Source: Marinicella sp.
Lineage (GTDB): Bacteria; Pseudomonadota; Gammaproteobacteria; Xanthomonadales; Marinicellaceae
NCBI GenBank assembly: GCA_965230295.1
Contig: OZ246001.1
Coordinates: forward strand, 3,712,001 to 3,776,000
Length of the DNA: 64,000 nt
Direction: 5' to 3'
Position 1 is the stretch's first letter. Each line of letters starts with the position of its first letter. Below the pieces are notes generated by a model. It had not been told where the DNA came from, searched no databases, and saw nothing but the letters and a program-made list of their open reading frames with translations. Positions 20,568-29,347 of the stretch are shown here, in pieces. A program made the translations under genes and the position numbers.

Positions 20568-20634
20568 TATAAAGTGTTTTATCACGAACAATATAAATAT
20601 TGTAATTATCAATACAATGGATGCTGAAGTAAAG

Positions 20635-20662
20635 GTTTTACATAATGCGCTTTTTGTAAAAA
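20635..20662. promoter_or_regulatory. Tyrosine-recombinase core site (11-6-11, dif-like)
   Basis: GTTTTACATAA-TGCGCT-TTTTGTAAAAA about 50 bp upstream of the recombinase; TGTAAAAAGTA recurs at 20733. Confidence 0.6.
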
Positions 20663-20715
20663 GTAGTTGTTCGGTGATACAATAAATTCAATACTTTTAT
20701 AAGCGACTTTATAAT

Positions 20716-21306
20716 ATGCCCAAAAGGCGAAATGTAAAAAGTAAGCAAGAAATGGCTTCAGATTTTCATGAGAGGCCCAAGGATTTTTTAAATGAGCCTG
20801 AAATGGATTTGCTACTAAAAGGAGCAAAGCAGGGGAGACATGGAATTCGTGACCACCTCATTCTACTTATGATGTATAGACATGGTTTGAGAGTCAGTGA
20901 GGCGATCAACATTAAGTTGTCTGACCTTAATTTGAAACAGTCCAGGATATGGATTAACAGATTGAAGAATGGTTTATCTGTAGAGCAACCGATCGATGGA
21001 ATTGAATTAAGGGCCATCAAAAGATACCTGAGCACAAGGAATGATAAGTTGCCATGGTTATTTATCAGTGAACGAAATCAACCATTAACCAGGCAGTCAA
21101 TAAATTACATCATAAAGTCAGCAGGTAAAAGGGCAGGGATAGGCTCCGTAAATCCGCATATGCTCAGACATTCATGTGGATATTACCTGGCGAACAAAGG
21201 ATATGACCTTCGATTAATTCAAGATTATCTGGGTCACAGAGATCCAAAGCATACAGTTCACTACACAAGGATTGCTGGAAAAAGATTTGAAGATTTATGG
21301 AGATAA
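20716..21306 (+). CDS. FimB/FimE-like tyrosine recombinase
   Basis: HGLRVSE (R), RLKNG (K), HMLRHSCG (HxxR), LGH, VHY catalytic Tyr; 196 aa. Confidence 0.92.
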   Translation: MPKRRNVKSKQEMASDFHERPKDFLNEPEMDLLLKGAKQGRHGIRDHLILLMMYRHGLRVSEAINIKLSDLNLKQSRIWINRLKNGLSVEQPIDGIELRAIKRYLSTRNDKLPWLFISERNQPLTRQSINYIIKSAGKRAGIGSVNPHMLRHSCGYYLANKGYDLRLIQDYLGHRDPKHTVHYTRIAGKRFEDLWR

Positions 21307-21324
21307 AATTATTAATTATTAAAT

Positions 21325-22020
21325 ATGAAGTATATTGAAAACAAAGAATTTATTGACTATGAAGTGTCTAAGGATTTCATTTCAGGGTATTCCCTAGATC
21401 AAAAACGTGACTTTATCATTCTTACTAGCATCCACACAGATTTATTGCATCACCTGTTTTACTTTGATGAGCTGATTCCAGAAATTAAAAACAAAGCACC
21501 AGGTAATGAATACAAGAGATATTTATTCCAAAAGAATTTTATCGGTTTAATAAGCACGATGCATGAGGCTATTAAATATTTAAAACGTACAAATAAAGCT
21601 GAATCTATAACTTCTGAGATGGAATCATTTGATAGTCTTCTCGAAAAAGTTAGAAATAATTTAGGTTACCATTATTCTTATGAAAACCATTTCAAAGCAC
21701 TAATTGGGAATGTATTTGACATATACAATTCCAATAATGAAAACGGGTTAGTCGTCTTACTCTGTAAAGAATCCAACATAAATATTTTTACCGATGTAAG
21801 TGAATTAAAATGGAGATTAATTTACTTCATTACGCATAACCCAAATTGGATAGATGAATGCTCTGACAATCCAGCTAGCTACATAAAAGCAAAAATGCAA
21901 GAAATTGAGGATAATCCAGAAGTCTTTGACGATTGGTTCAATGATTTCCTATCAAAGACTGTGTCTACAGCAAAATCAATCGATAGTATATGTGCCAAAT
22001 TTCTAAACAGCCTGATGTAG
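21325..22020 (+). CDS. Hypothetical protein, possible HEPN domain
   Basis: HEAIK..KVRNNLGYHY fits E..Rx4-6H. Confidence 0.55.
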   Translation: MKYIENKEFIDYEVSKDFISGYSLDQKRDFIILTSIHTDLLHHLFYFDELIPEIKNKAPGNEYKRYLFQKNFIGLISTMHEAIKYLKRTNKAESITSEMESFDSLLEKVRNNLGYHYSYENHFKALIGNVFDIYNSNNENGLVVLLCKESNINIFTDVSELKWRLIYFITHNPNWIDECSDNPASYIKAKMQEIEDNPEVFDDWFNDFLSKTVSTAKSIDSICAKFLNSLM

Positions 22021-22036
22021 TAAGGTAATCAAATTG

Positions 22037-22315
22037 TTAAATATCCTTCATTACTTTTACGCCTTTTAAAATTGGCCTGTGACCACTAGCTATTTTATTT
22101 GCAATTGATAGACCAAGTTGAAACCAGTATTCTGATTTATCTTCTCCGAAAAAGCTAAAGCAAAATTCCTTATCATCTGCATCAAATCCACCAATAAGAC
22201 ATCCACTCTGAAACATATCACCAGATTCAATTTCAGACCATTGATCTATAGATTTATTTTCTGCTGAAATCTCTTTACATATAATAATAAGTTCAGAATT
22301 GATTGGTATCTCCAT
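22037..22315 (-). CDS. Small hypothetical protein
   Basis: 92-aa ORF, ESGDMFQ..GGFDA..EFCFS; AGGA upstream. Confidence 0.65.
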   Translation of the reverse strand: MEIPINSELIIICKEISAENKSIDQWSEIESGDMFQSGCLIGGFDADDKEFCFSFFGEDKSEYWFQLGLSIANKIASGHRPILKGVKVMKDI

Positions 22316-22384
22316 AAATTTAATAATCCTAAAAGTGACGAATATACCATATGATTTTCATCTTCATAAAATTGAAAAATTCAC

Positions 22385-22464
22385 TGGACAAAAAATTCAG
22401 CACTTTAATTGGAAATTTACAGGTTTAGTTGGAAAAAGTTCAGCACTTTAGTTGGACATCCACA
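22385..22464 (-). mobile_element. Tn7-like right end (element lies to the left)
   Basis: Reverse complement: TGTGGATG followed by three abutting sites TCCAACTAAAGTGCTGAAC / TCCAACTAAACCTGTAAAT / TCCAATTAAAGTGCTGAAT. Confidence 0.85.
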
Positions 22465-22466
22465 AA

Positions 22467-22630
22467 CATGGGCATACAACTAAAGTGCGAAATCTCATTA
22501 ATTTCTAAGCCATTGATTTTGTTGAGCATGATGAAATTAATTTACAACTAAAGTACGCAACTTTCTCAAATTTCATCAGGAAAGCGGGGCAGGTATGGCA
22601 TTACAACTAAAGAGCTGAACTTATTGTCCA
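22467..22630 (+). mobile_element. Tn7-like left end with damaged terminus (element lies to the right)
   Basis: CATGGGCA then spaced TACAACTAAAG sites at 22475, 22543, 22602. Confidence 0.8.
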
Positions 22631-22817
22631 TTATTCATTAATGATTATGCATGGTTATGTAATTGGATAGGGTAAGGAGAGCCAATAATAAAAGCCTGTT
22701 TCTATTGCCTTTGCACATCAATTTCACCTGCTTTAGAAAATTTTTACGTCTGGCTAAACCGTCGAAATTAAAAACGATAAACAAGTAACGCAGTGGTGAT
22801 CGAATTGAGCTCCTTTT

Positions 22818-23189
22818 TTAACAGTTCACATGTCTCCGCATAGCCACTATGAACAAGATAAAAATGCTTGTTGCAACGATTACTGAAATTATGAGGCCAA
22901 TTTTATCAAAGTGATAGTAGGTAACCCCAGTTTGGATACTCATGAAAGGAATTAATATGCCCAAAAGATTTATTTGCCAGAAAATGGTGCTGCATTTTTT
23001 CTGTCTACTTAAGTAGAAGAACCAGACAGTCGTGATCAACACAATTGGTCCTGTAACGAATAAATGCATAATTAACTGCATTCCACTTGGTTCATGGACC
23101 ACCATCCAACCATGAAGCGACAGGTAGATAAGAGCTGCGTAGACCAGGTTAACTATAGACAGTGTTACTGCTGTTGCAAGACTTAACAT
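22818..23189 (-). CDS. Small four-TM membrane protein
   Basis: 123-aa hydrophobic ORF. Confidence 0.65.
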   Translation of the reverse strand: MLSLATAVTLSIVNLVYAALIYLSLHGWMVVHEPSGMQLIMHLFVTGPIVLITTVWFFYLSRQKKCSTIFWQINLLGILIPFMSIQTGVTYYHFDKIGLIISVIVATSIFILFIVAMRRHVNC

Positions 23190-23360
23190 AATTCATCTGC
23201 TTATTAAGGATAATGGTCACAATTCTATCCTTCGAATTATAGTAAATCACATATATCATCAACTAGTATCACTTGACGATACTTAGTTTGAATCCTACTA
23301 GATTTATCAAATTTCATGGAGGTTTACTTATTTGATTTATTACTTAAATAATTCTGGACT

Positions 23361-23448
23361 AACAACTAAAGTACGCAACTTTTTAATTTCTATCGAAGCA
23401 GTAAGGGTAGGGGTGACTTTACAACTTAAATGCTGAGTTTATTGTCCA
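23361..23448 (+). mobile_element. Partial second Tn7-like left end (inner two sites only)
   Basis: AACAACTAAAGTACGCAACTTT and TACAACTTAAATGCTGAGTTTATTGTCCA, 59 bp apart as at 22543/22602. Confidence 0.75.
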
Positions 23449-23755
23449 TTTTCTTAATAAATCACCATAACCATTTTAAACTTCTTGTTTTCTTTAATTT
23501 ACTAATGAAATTCGACCTTCTATTGTGTTGAAATTAACTTTTTGACAAGATTGAATATATTAATTACGTGTATATAAAATAGAAATTTAACTATTATTAA
23601 AAGGGTGTTTGACTTTAAAGGCCATATCCCAATTACACATTATATATCCATTTTCTAGTAAGTCTCAGGTTTATTAACGTTTAAGGCTTACAATATATCG
23701 TTTACTTTTAAATATTAAGCTATATAATTAGGAAAGGAATCTATAATGTGCAAAA

Positions 23756-24265
23756 ATGAAATTATTAGCTTTTTTATACATATCGCAATTGAGTGCAACA
23801 AATTACAACGATAATTCAGGTTGTGAACTTTTAGCAATGCAATTAAATAAAATTAAGCATGAAGCTTCATCATGGTCAAGCATTCTTAACTATGCAGAAA
23901 GTCTAAATTTTGATTATTCAAATAAGCAATCATGTAAAGAAATTAATTTTGCAGACAGCACTGAGTTACAGATTCAAGTAATTTATGGAAGTAAATATAT
24001 CTGGTATAAAGAAAATTCATGTATTCAGCTTATAGAACCAGAAAATAAAGTTTTAACAAACAGGGAAAGTGAGATCTTCAGTTGTTTAACAAACAGTATA
24101 GTTGTAAATACAAAAAACGAAACTATAAAACTGGCAAACAAAGAACAATATATCCCTGATGAAAATAAATGTGGAAGCACTTATTATTATGCGGAAATAA
24201 TTGATGACAAGGTAGTATATAAAGACTCTTGCGGTAATATCATTAAAAACCCAAATTTCAATTAG
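23756..24265 (+). CDS. Cys-containing, probably exported hypothetical protein
   Basis: Short hydrophobic N-terminus, several Cys; upstream of the large protease. Confidence 0.6.
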   Translation: MKLLAFLYISQLSATNYNDNSGCELLAMQLNKIKHEASSWSSILNYAESLNFDYSNKQSCKEINFADSTELQIQVIYGSKYIWYKENSCIQLIEPENKVLTNRESEIFSCLTNSIVVNTKNETIKLANKEQYIPDENKCGSTYYYAEIIDDKVVYKDSCGNIIKNPNFN

Positions 24266-24326
24266 TACTTTAAACTAAAAGTCAATTTTTCATTTTTTGA
24301 TTGTATTTATTACAAAGGGATTAACT

Positions 24327-27300
24327 ATGCGATACTTATTTTTATTCTTTTTTATTTCATTCACTTCTAACGCCTCCCAATTACTAAAACCTGAAGCGTT
24401 CTCTTGGGAAGAATTAGTTGAATTACAAAAAGATGTAATTAACAACTTTGACGATCACTATTTGTCACCTCAATGCTTTTCTACTTTAGAATCGTATAAC
24501 GGACTGAAAAGATCCCTTACTATACAAACAATACTTTGGAAAACGTATGTATGGGAAACATATGACATGCCAGATAAATATAATTGTATTGTTTTGTATG
24601 AAAACTATGAAAAAAGCAACCAGAGCCATAAAGTACTGACAATCGAAGAGAGTAAATCACTTCTTTCAGCATCAAAAGGGTTCAAATTTAAAGAGAAAGG
24701 ATTGTATGAGTTCTCTAATCACATAAACACTTACAATCAATCAACATACAAAAGTTTAAATAGAAGCAAGACAAATGTCGATGTAGATTATAACAATAAA
24801 AATGTATTTGTATCAGATGAATATACATCGGTTAAATTTCCATTAACGTCAGCTAGAGAAATTGGAAATACTGTCAATACACAAGTCGAGAAGAATGGCT
24901 ATGTACTTAGTGTTGATCATAATCAAACATTTTTGTACCCATATAACAATATAGTATTAACACAATCTGAGCATGCTGCTTGTAACCAGTTCGGGGAATG
25001 GTCTGCGTTCATGGTTCAATGGAATGTATCAGTCACAAACGCACATAATATTTATACTGGCTGTCAATTTGCTAGTTTTCTACAACAGCAAGTCTCAGCT
25101 CATTTAGACCAAAATGTCAGATTAACACACTACCCAATTATGGTTGCTGCAAATGCTCAGGTTGCAAATAATTACTTGCTAAATCCAATTGCAGGCAACA
25201 ATCAAGATTATGGAGCTATCCGATACTATCAAAGTTTTTTCAACCCTTTTTATATCGGATTAACAACTAATCTTGGGTTTCAAAAAGGTGACCGAATAAG
25301 AAATATTGGTTATCCAATGCAGTCAGTACCAAATAACTTAGGAATGAAGGAAGATTTTGCAGATTATACCCCTCTTATAGGAGGAGGGTATAACTTGCCT
25401 CAAGTTGTTTTTGATAAAAGGCCAAATAATAGGGTGTGGCCAGGACAAAGTGGCTCTCCTAGCTTCAGGAATAATGAATCAAATGCATTTGGTATGGTGA
25501 CTTTAGAAATAATCGGTACAGATGGTTTAGGAGTAATTAATGGTTTTACACCAAATCAGGTAACTGACATATTATCTTGGATGAGCTGGAATCCGACAGG
25601 TATCATTAGTTACCCAAATAATCCTGTACAAAACTCAACGTATAACTTAGTAGAAGTTCCAGAGTTTTTGGCAACAGTAACTCCTATTAATAATTATAGG
25701 ATGGATGGCACTATTGAAGAATCAAATAAAAACCTCGAGGATTTAATTACCTGGACTTCAAGTATCGATGGTGAATTTGGTACTGGAGGTTCTGTTACTG
25801 AAGAAGAGTTAAAAACTTCTCTATCAGGTGGATGGCATTTTATAACAACTAAAATTGATTCAAATGGAGAGCAAGCAGAGTCTAATGTTTTTATAAACAT
25901 AATTAAACCTTCAGGACAATTTACATCAAGTGGTTTTTGTATTGTTGACTTAGGTTCAAGTCAAACCAATTCTTGCCAATTAAATATTACATGGTCTGTC
26001 TCAAACACTCCAGCTACTTCTGTAGTATGGAATGAAACAACTAATACAGAGTTTGCAACAGGGAATAATGGGGGTAAATCATATACAGCGACTACAAATA
26101 CAACTACGTTTAAATTATATCCTTCTGATGAAAAAATAATACTACTTGATACAATTAACGCCCAGGCAAAAGTCCCAACTGGTGAGTTGACGGTTCCTTC
26201 TGCTCAATGCTCACTGCAACCTTCACCAATAGCGCCAGATGGAACGATGCGCAATCCCAAAGCCACACCTCCAGGGTGTGGAACAGAATTGTCCTGGTCA
26301 AATGTGCAATGGGCTTCACCTAGTATATTTTACCGACCTGCTACTGGAGGCCCATGGCAGTTATTGTACCAAGTACCTTGCCAACTAAATGGCGATGTGT
26401 GTGCAGGTTCCATCCATACCGATGATTATGCAACACCTGAGCTAATTTCCACTTCAGGGTATGAATTTAAGTTGGTTCAATTTAATGATGCAAATTCAGG
26501 AAATTTAACCGCCCCCTTCACAGTAACAGCCAAACGCTTTGCAGATGCTTATGAGTATGATGATGGATGGTTTGATTTGCCAGATAACTTATACAATGAC
26601 CTAGATGAGAGGTTATTGGCAAATGGAGGTACGATATCCAATCGAGTGGAACTGGGTCAGACTCATGCAAATCATAATTTTCATCGACCTGCTGCATATG
26701 ACTCAGGAATAGATATAGATGCTTTTGATATTTCCACTTCAAGTATGTCTGTTACACCTGCGACACAAGTCAATGCCAAAGTATTCAATATGGCCAGTGG
26801 TCTAGATGTGGATTTTGAAGTTCTGTGTGTTGGTAGTAAAAGGACTTCGATAAATGCTGAGTATAAAGTTGGTGTTTGGGAATTACCCGAAAGTCCCACT
26901 GTCTCAAATACTTCAGGAAGTGGGTTCAGGCAAATTACGTTTAATAGTGTTAAATTCAGAGATTATTATGACGGTAAAAACAATTATGTGGCTGGGTTTA
27001 TATGTGAATTTAACCAAGTGCGCGTTCGAAGAACCACCGGTACACCAGGAGAAAACCTTACATATGACTTTGTGGCAAGCCTTACGGACCAAGGAAATAA
27101 CCCAATTCTTGATAGTGTGGCAGCATTAGATCCATATACCTATAAAATTGAACTACTGGGTGAAAACTTTGGTACAAATCCAAGTGTCAGTCTCAGAGAT
27201 AATGTCTCAGGAAGTCAACCCATAGTTTATTCATCTGATTGGTTCCATAATCTAGGCACTCATGTGAGTACCCATATAAATGCAGGAAAAAACTTTATCC

Positions 27301-29210
27301 GCTTCCCAATTCTTGAGGCAAGTAGACAAGCTACATTTAAAATAAACGGACTGTGTTTCAAGGTTATAAGTGGAACGGATGAAAGTCCTGAACACTGTTA
27401 CAAGATTCCGTCTCGCAGCATTAAACCAAATTTTATGGGTGAACAATTACAAAGCTATATTCCTGTCAACGCAACACCACAGGACATTGATAACGATGCT
27501 TATACTGTAAAAACAAATGGAAATTTAATGAAGCTCTGGGGTAACAGTTGGAAAAAGCTCCCAACCAACTATACAGTGACACCAAATACTGAACTTGAAG
27601 TGGAGTTTAAATCCACACTTACAGAACCTGAGTTTAGTGGTGTTGGTTTCATTCACAATGGACAGTCAAATTTATCTAGCACCAGATTTTGGCAATTTTA
27701 CGGTACTCAATCATGGGGTAAACAAGAACATAATGATTATAATTCTGGATCTGGCTACAAGACATACAGAATTAAGATAGGTGATACGTTTACTGGACAA
27801 ATCTCTCACATGGTTTTTGTGACAGACAATGACAATCAACAAGCCGGTCAAAATGTAGTTTTTCGATTGCCTACTTTAATGGAAGGTTCAGGGTCAAGTC
27901 CTTCAGGAACATTAACGTCCACCAGCCCTTGCTCTTTAACTGGTACAAATACCTACTGTGATGTCACCTTAAGTGTTCAAAAGCAAGACACACCTTATTC
28001 CTGTATATGGAAAACGGCTCCTACACTGCAATTGGTTTCTTGTACTTCTGCGGACAGTTGGAATACCAATTGGCAATGGACCAATGTCAATGGACATACC
28101 ATGCAATTACGAGCTCATGACACAACACCACAGAGTGACCCAGGTTGGCCAGGAAATATGCAGACTTTATTCAATGCAGCTCCATTATTGGATGAAGAAG
28201 TTGTTGTTGCTCAACCAGCTGGATCAAATGCCTCTGGGTCACTAACTTCAAACAGTCCTTGTACTTTAATTGGAACAAATACTTATTGTAATGTCACTTT
28301 GAGTGTACAAAAACAAGACACGCCATATTCTTGCATATGGAAAACAGCACCGACACTACAGTTATTTTCTTGTACTTCTGCAGACAGCTGGAACGCCAAT
28401 TGGCAATGGACCAATGTCAATGGTCACACCATGCAATTGCGGGCTCATGACTCATCTCCTCAGAATGATCCAGGTTGGCCTGGAAATATGCAAACTTTAT
28501 TCAATGCTGCACCATTATTGGATGAAGAGGTTGTTGTTGCTCAACCAGCTGGATCAAATGCCAGTGGTACATTAAGTTCAAACAGCCCATGTACTTTGAC
28601 TGGAACAAACACCAGATGTGATGTCACGTTGAGTGTACAAAAACAAGACACTCCATATTCTTGTATATGGACATCAGCTCCATCAATTCAATTAGTTTCT
28701 TGTACTTCTGCTAATAGCTGGGACACCAATTGGCAATGGACCAATGTCAATGGACACACCATGCAATTACGGGCTCATGACACAACCCCTCAGAATGACC
28801 CCGGCTGGCCTGGTAACATGCTAACTTTATTCAATGCTGCTCAATTATTGGATGAAGAAGTCGTTATTGCTCAACCAGCTGGATCAAATGCAACAGGTTC
28901 AATGACTACTACTAGCCCCTGTACATTAACTGGATCAAACACGAGATGTGATGTAACTATTGATGTTCAAAAACAAGGCACTCCTTATTCTTGTATTTGG
29001 AAAACATCACCTACATTGCAATTGGTTTCTTGTTATGCAGCAGACAGCTGGACTACCAACTGGCAATGGACCAATACAGGTGGTCACACCATGCAATTAA
29101 GGGCTCATGATTCAACTCCACAGAACGATCCAGGTTGGCCTGGAAACATGCAGACTCTTTTCAATGCTGCTCCATTATTGGATGAAAAAGTAGTGATTGC
29201 TGTCCAGTAA
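24327..29210 (+). CDS. Large secreted multidomain trypsin/V8-like serine protease with four C-terminal 110-aa repeats
   Basis: Signal peptide MRYLFLFFFISFTSNA; triad motifs VTNAHN, QDYGAI, GQSGSP; beta-rich middle domains. Confidence 0.75.
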   Translation: MRYLFLFFFISFTSNASQLLKPEAFSWEELVELQKDVINNFDDHYLSPQCFSTLESYNGLKRSLTIQTILWKTYVWETYDMPDKYNCIVLYENYEKSNQSHKVLTIEESKSLLSASKGFKFKEKGLYEFSNHINTYNQSTYKSLNRSKTNVDVDYNNKNVFVSDEYTSVKFPLTSAREIGNTVNTQVEKNGYVLSVDHNQTFLYPYNNIVLTQSEHAACNQFGEWSAFMVQWNVSVTNAHNIYTGCQFASFLQQQVSAHLDQNVRLTHYPIMVAANAQVANNYLLNPIAGNNQDYGAIRYYQSFFNPFYIGLTTNLGFQKGDRIRNIGYPMQSVPNNLGMKEDFADYTPLIGGGYNLPQVVFDKRPNNRVWPGQSGSPSFRNNESNAFGMVTLEIIGTDGLGVINGFTPNQVTDILSWMSWNPTGIISYPNNPVQNSTYNLVEVPEFLATVTPINNYRMDGTIEESNKNLEDLITWTSSIDGEFGTGGSVTEEELKTSLSGGWHFITTKIDSNGEQAESNVFINIIKPSGQFTSSGFCIVDLGSSQTNSCQLNITWSVSNTPATSVVWNETTNTEFATGNNGGKSYTATTNTTTFKLYPSDEKIILLDTINAQAKVPTGELTVPSAQCSLQPSPIAPDGTMRNPKATPPGCGTELSWSNVQWASPSIFYRPATGGPWQLLYQVPCQLNGDVCAGSIHTDDYATPELISTSGYEFKLVQFNDANSGNLTAPFTVTAKRFADAYEYDDGWFDLPDNLYNDLDERLLANGGTISNRVELGQTHANHNFHRPAAYDSGIDIDAFDISTSSMSVTPATQVNAKVFNMASGLDVDFEVLCVGSKRTSINAEYKVGVWELPESPTVSNTSGSGFRQITFNSVKFRDYYDGKNNYVAGFICEFNQVRVRRTTGTPGENLTYDFVASLTDQGNNPILDSVAALDPYTYKIELLGENFGTNPSVSLRDNVSGSQPIVYSSDWFHNLGTHVSTHINAGKNFIRFPILEASRQATFKINGLCFKVISGTDESPEHCYKIPSRSIKPNFMGEQLQSYIPVNATPQDIDNDAYTVKTNGNLMKLWGNSWKKLPTNYTVTPNTELEVEFKSTLTEPEFSGVGFIHNGQSNLSSTRFWQFYGTQSWGKQEHNDYNSGSGYKTYRIKIGDTFTGQISHMVFVTDNDNQQAGQNVVFRLPTLMEGSGSSPSGTLTSTSPCSLTGTNTYCDVTLSVQKQDTPYSCIWKTAPTLQLVSCTSADSWNTNWQWTNVNGHTMQLRAHDTTPQSDPGWPGNMQTLFNAAPLLDEEVVVAQPAGSNASGSLTSNSPCTLIGTNTYCNVTLSVQKQDTPYSCIWKTAPTLQLFSCTSADSWNANWQWTNVNGHTMQLRAHDSSPQNDPGWPGNMQTLFNAAPLLDEEVVVAQPAGSNASGTLSSNSPCTLTGTNTRCDVTLSVQKQDTPYSCIWTSAPSIQLVSCTSANSWDTNWQWTNVNGHTMQLRAHDTTPQNDPGWPGNMLTLFNAAQLLDEEVVIAQPAGSNATGSMTTTSPCTLTGSNTRCDVTIDVQKQGTPYSCIWKTSPTLQLVSCYAADSWTTNWQWTNTGGHTMQLRAHDSTPQNDPGWPGNMQTLFNAAPLLDEKVVIAVQ
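27895..29207 (+). repeat. Four intragenic tandem repeats, 330-bp period
   Basis: SPCTL.G.NT.CDVT..VQKQDTPYSCIWK..NWQWTN..HTMQLRAHD..DPGWPGNM..LLDE x4. Confidence 0.95.
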
Positions 29211-29216
29211 ATTATT

Positions 29217-29258
29217 GCGGGCTTGAATTATGTATCTTTTCAAGCCCGCTCTTTATTT
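29217..29258 (+). terminator. Rho-independent terminator
   Basis: GCGGGCTTGA / TCAAGCCCGC stem followed by a T-rich run after the protease stop. Confidence 0.75.
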
Positions 29259-29347
29259 ATTCATTAATTAACTTTTATCAGCGGTTTTAAAGATTTTAAA
29301 ACTAGTTGATTTGATATAATCCAATTTTATTGTTTCTAATTCTTCTT

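Noticed and set aside
22385-23448. CAACTAAAG repeats as a CAST mini-array or plasmid iterons
   Set aside because: Irregular spacing, opposed orientations and a TGT/ACA terminus fit transposase-binding ends. No cas or rep gene is present.
27895-29207. 330-bp repeats as a DGR template/variable pair
   Set aside because: In-frame protein repeats with mostly synonymous differences, not adenine-specific, and no reverse transcriptase.
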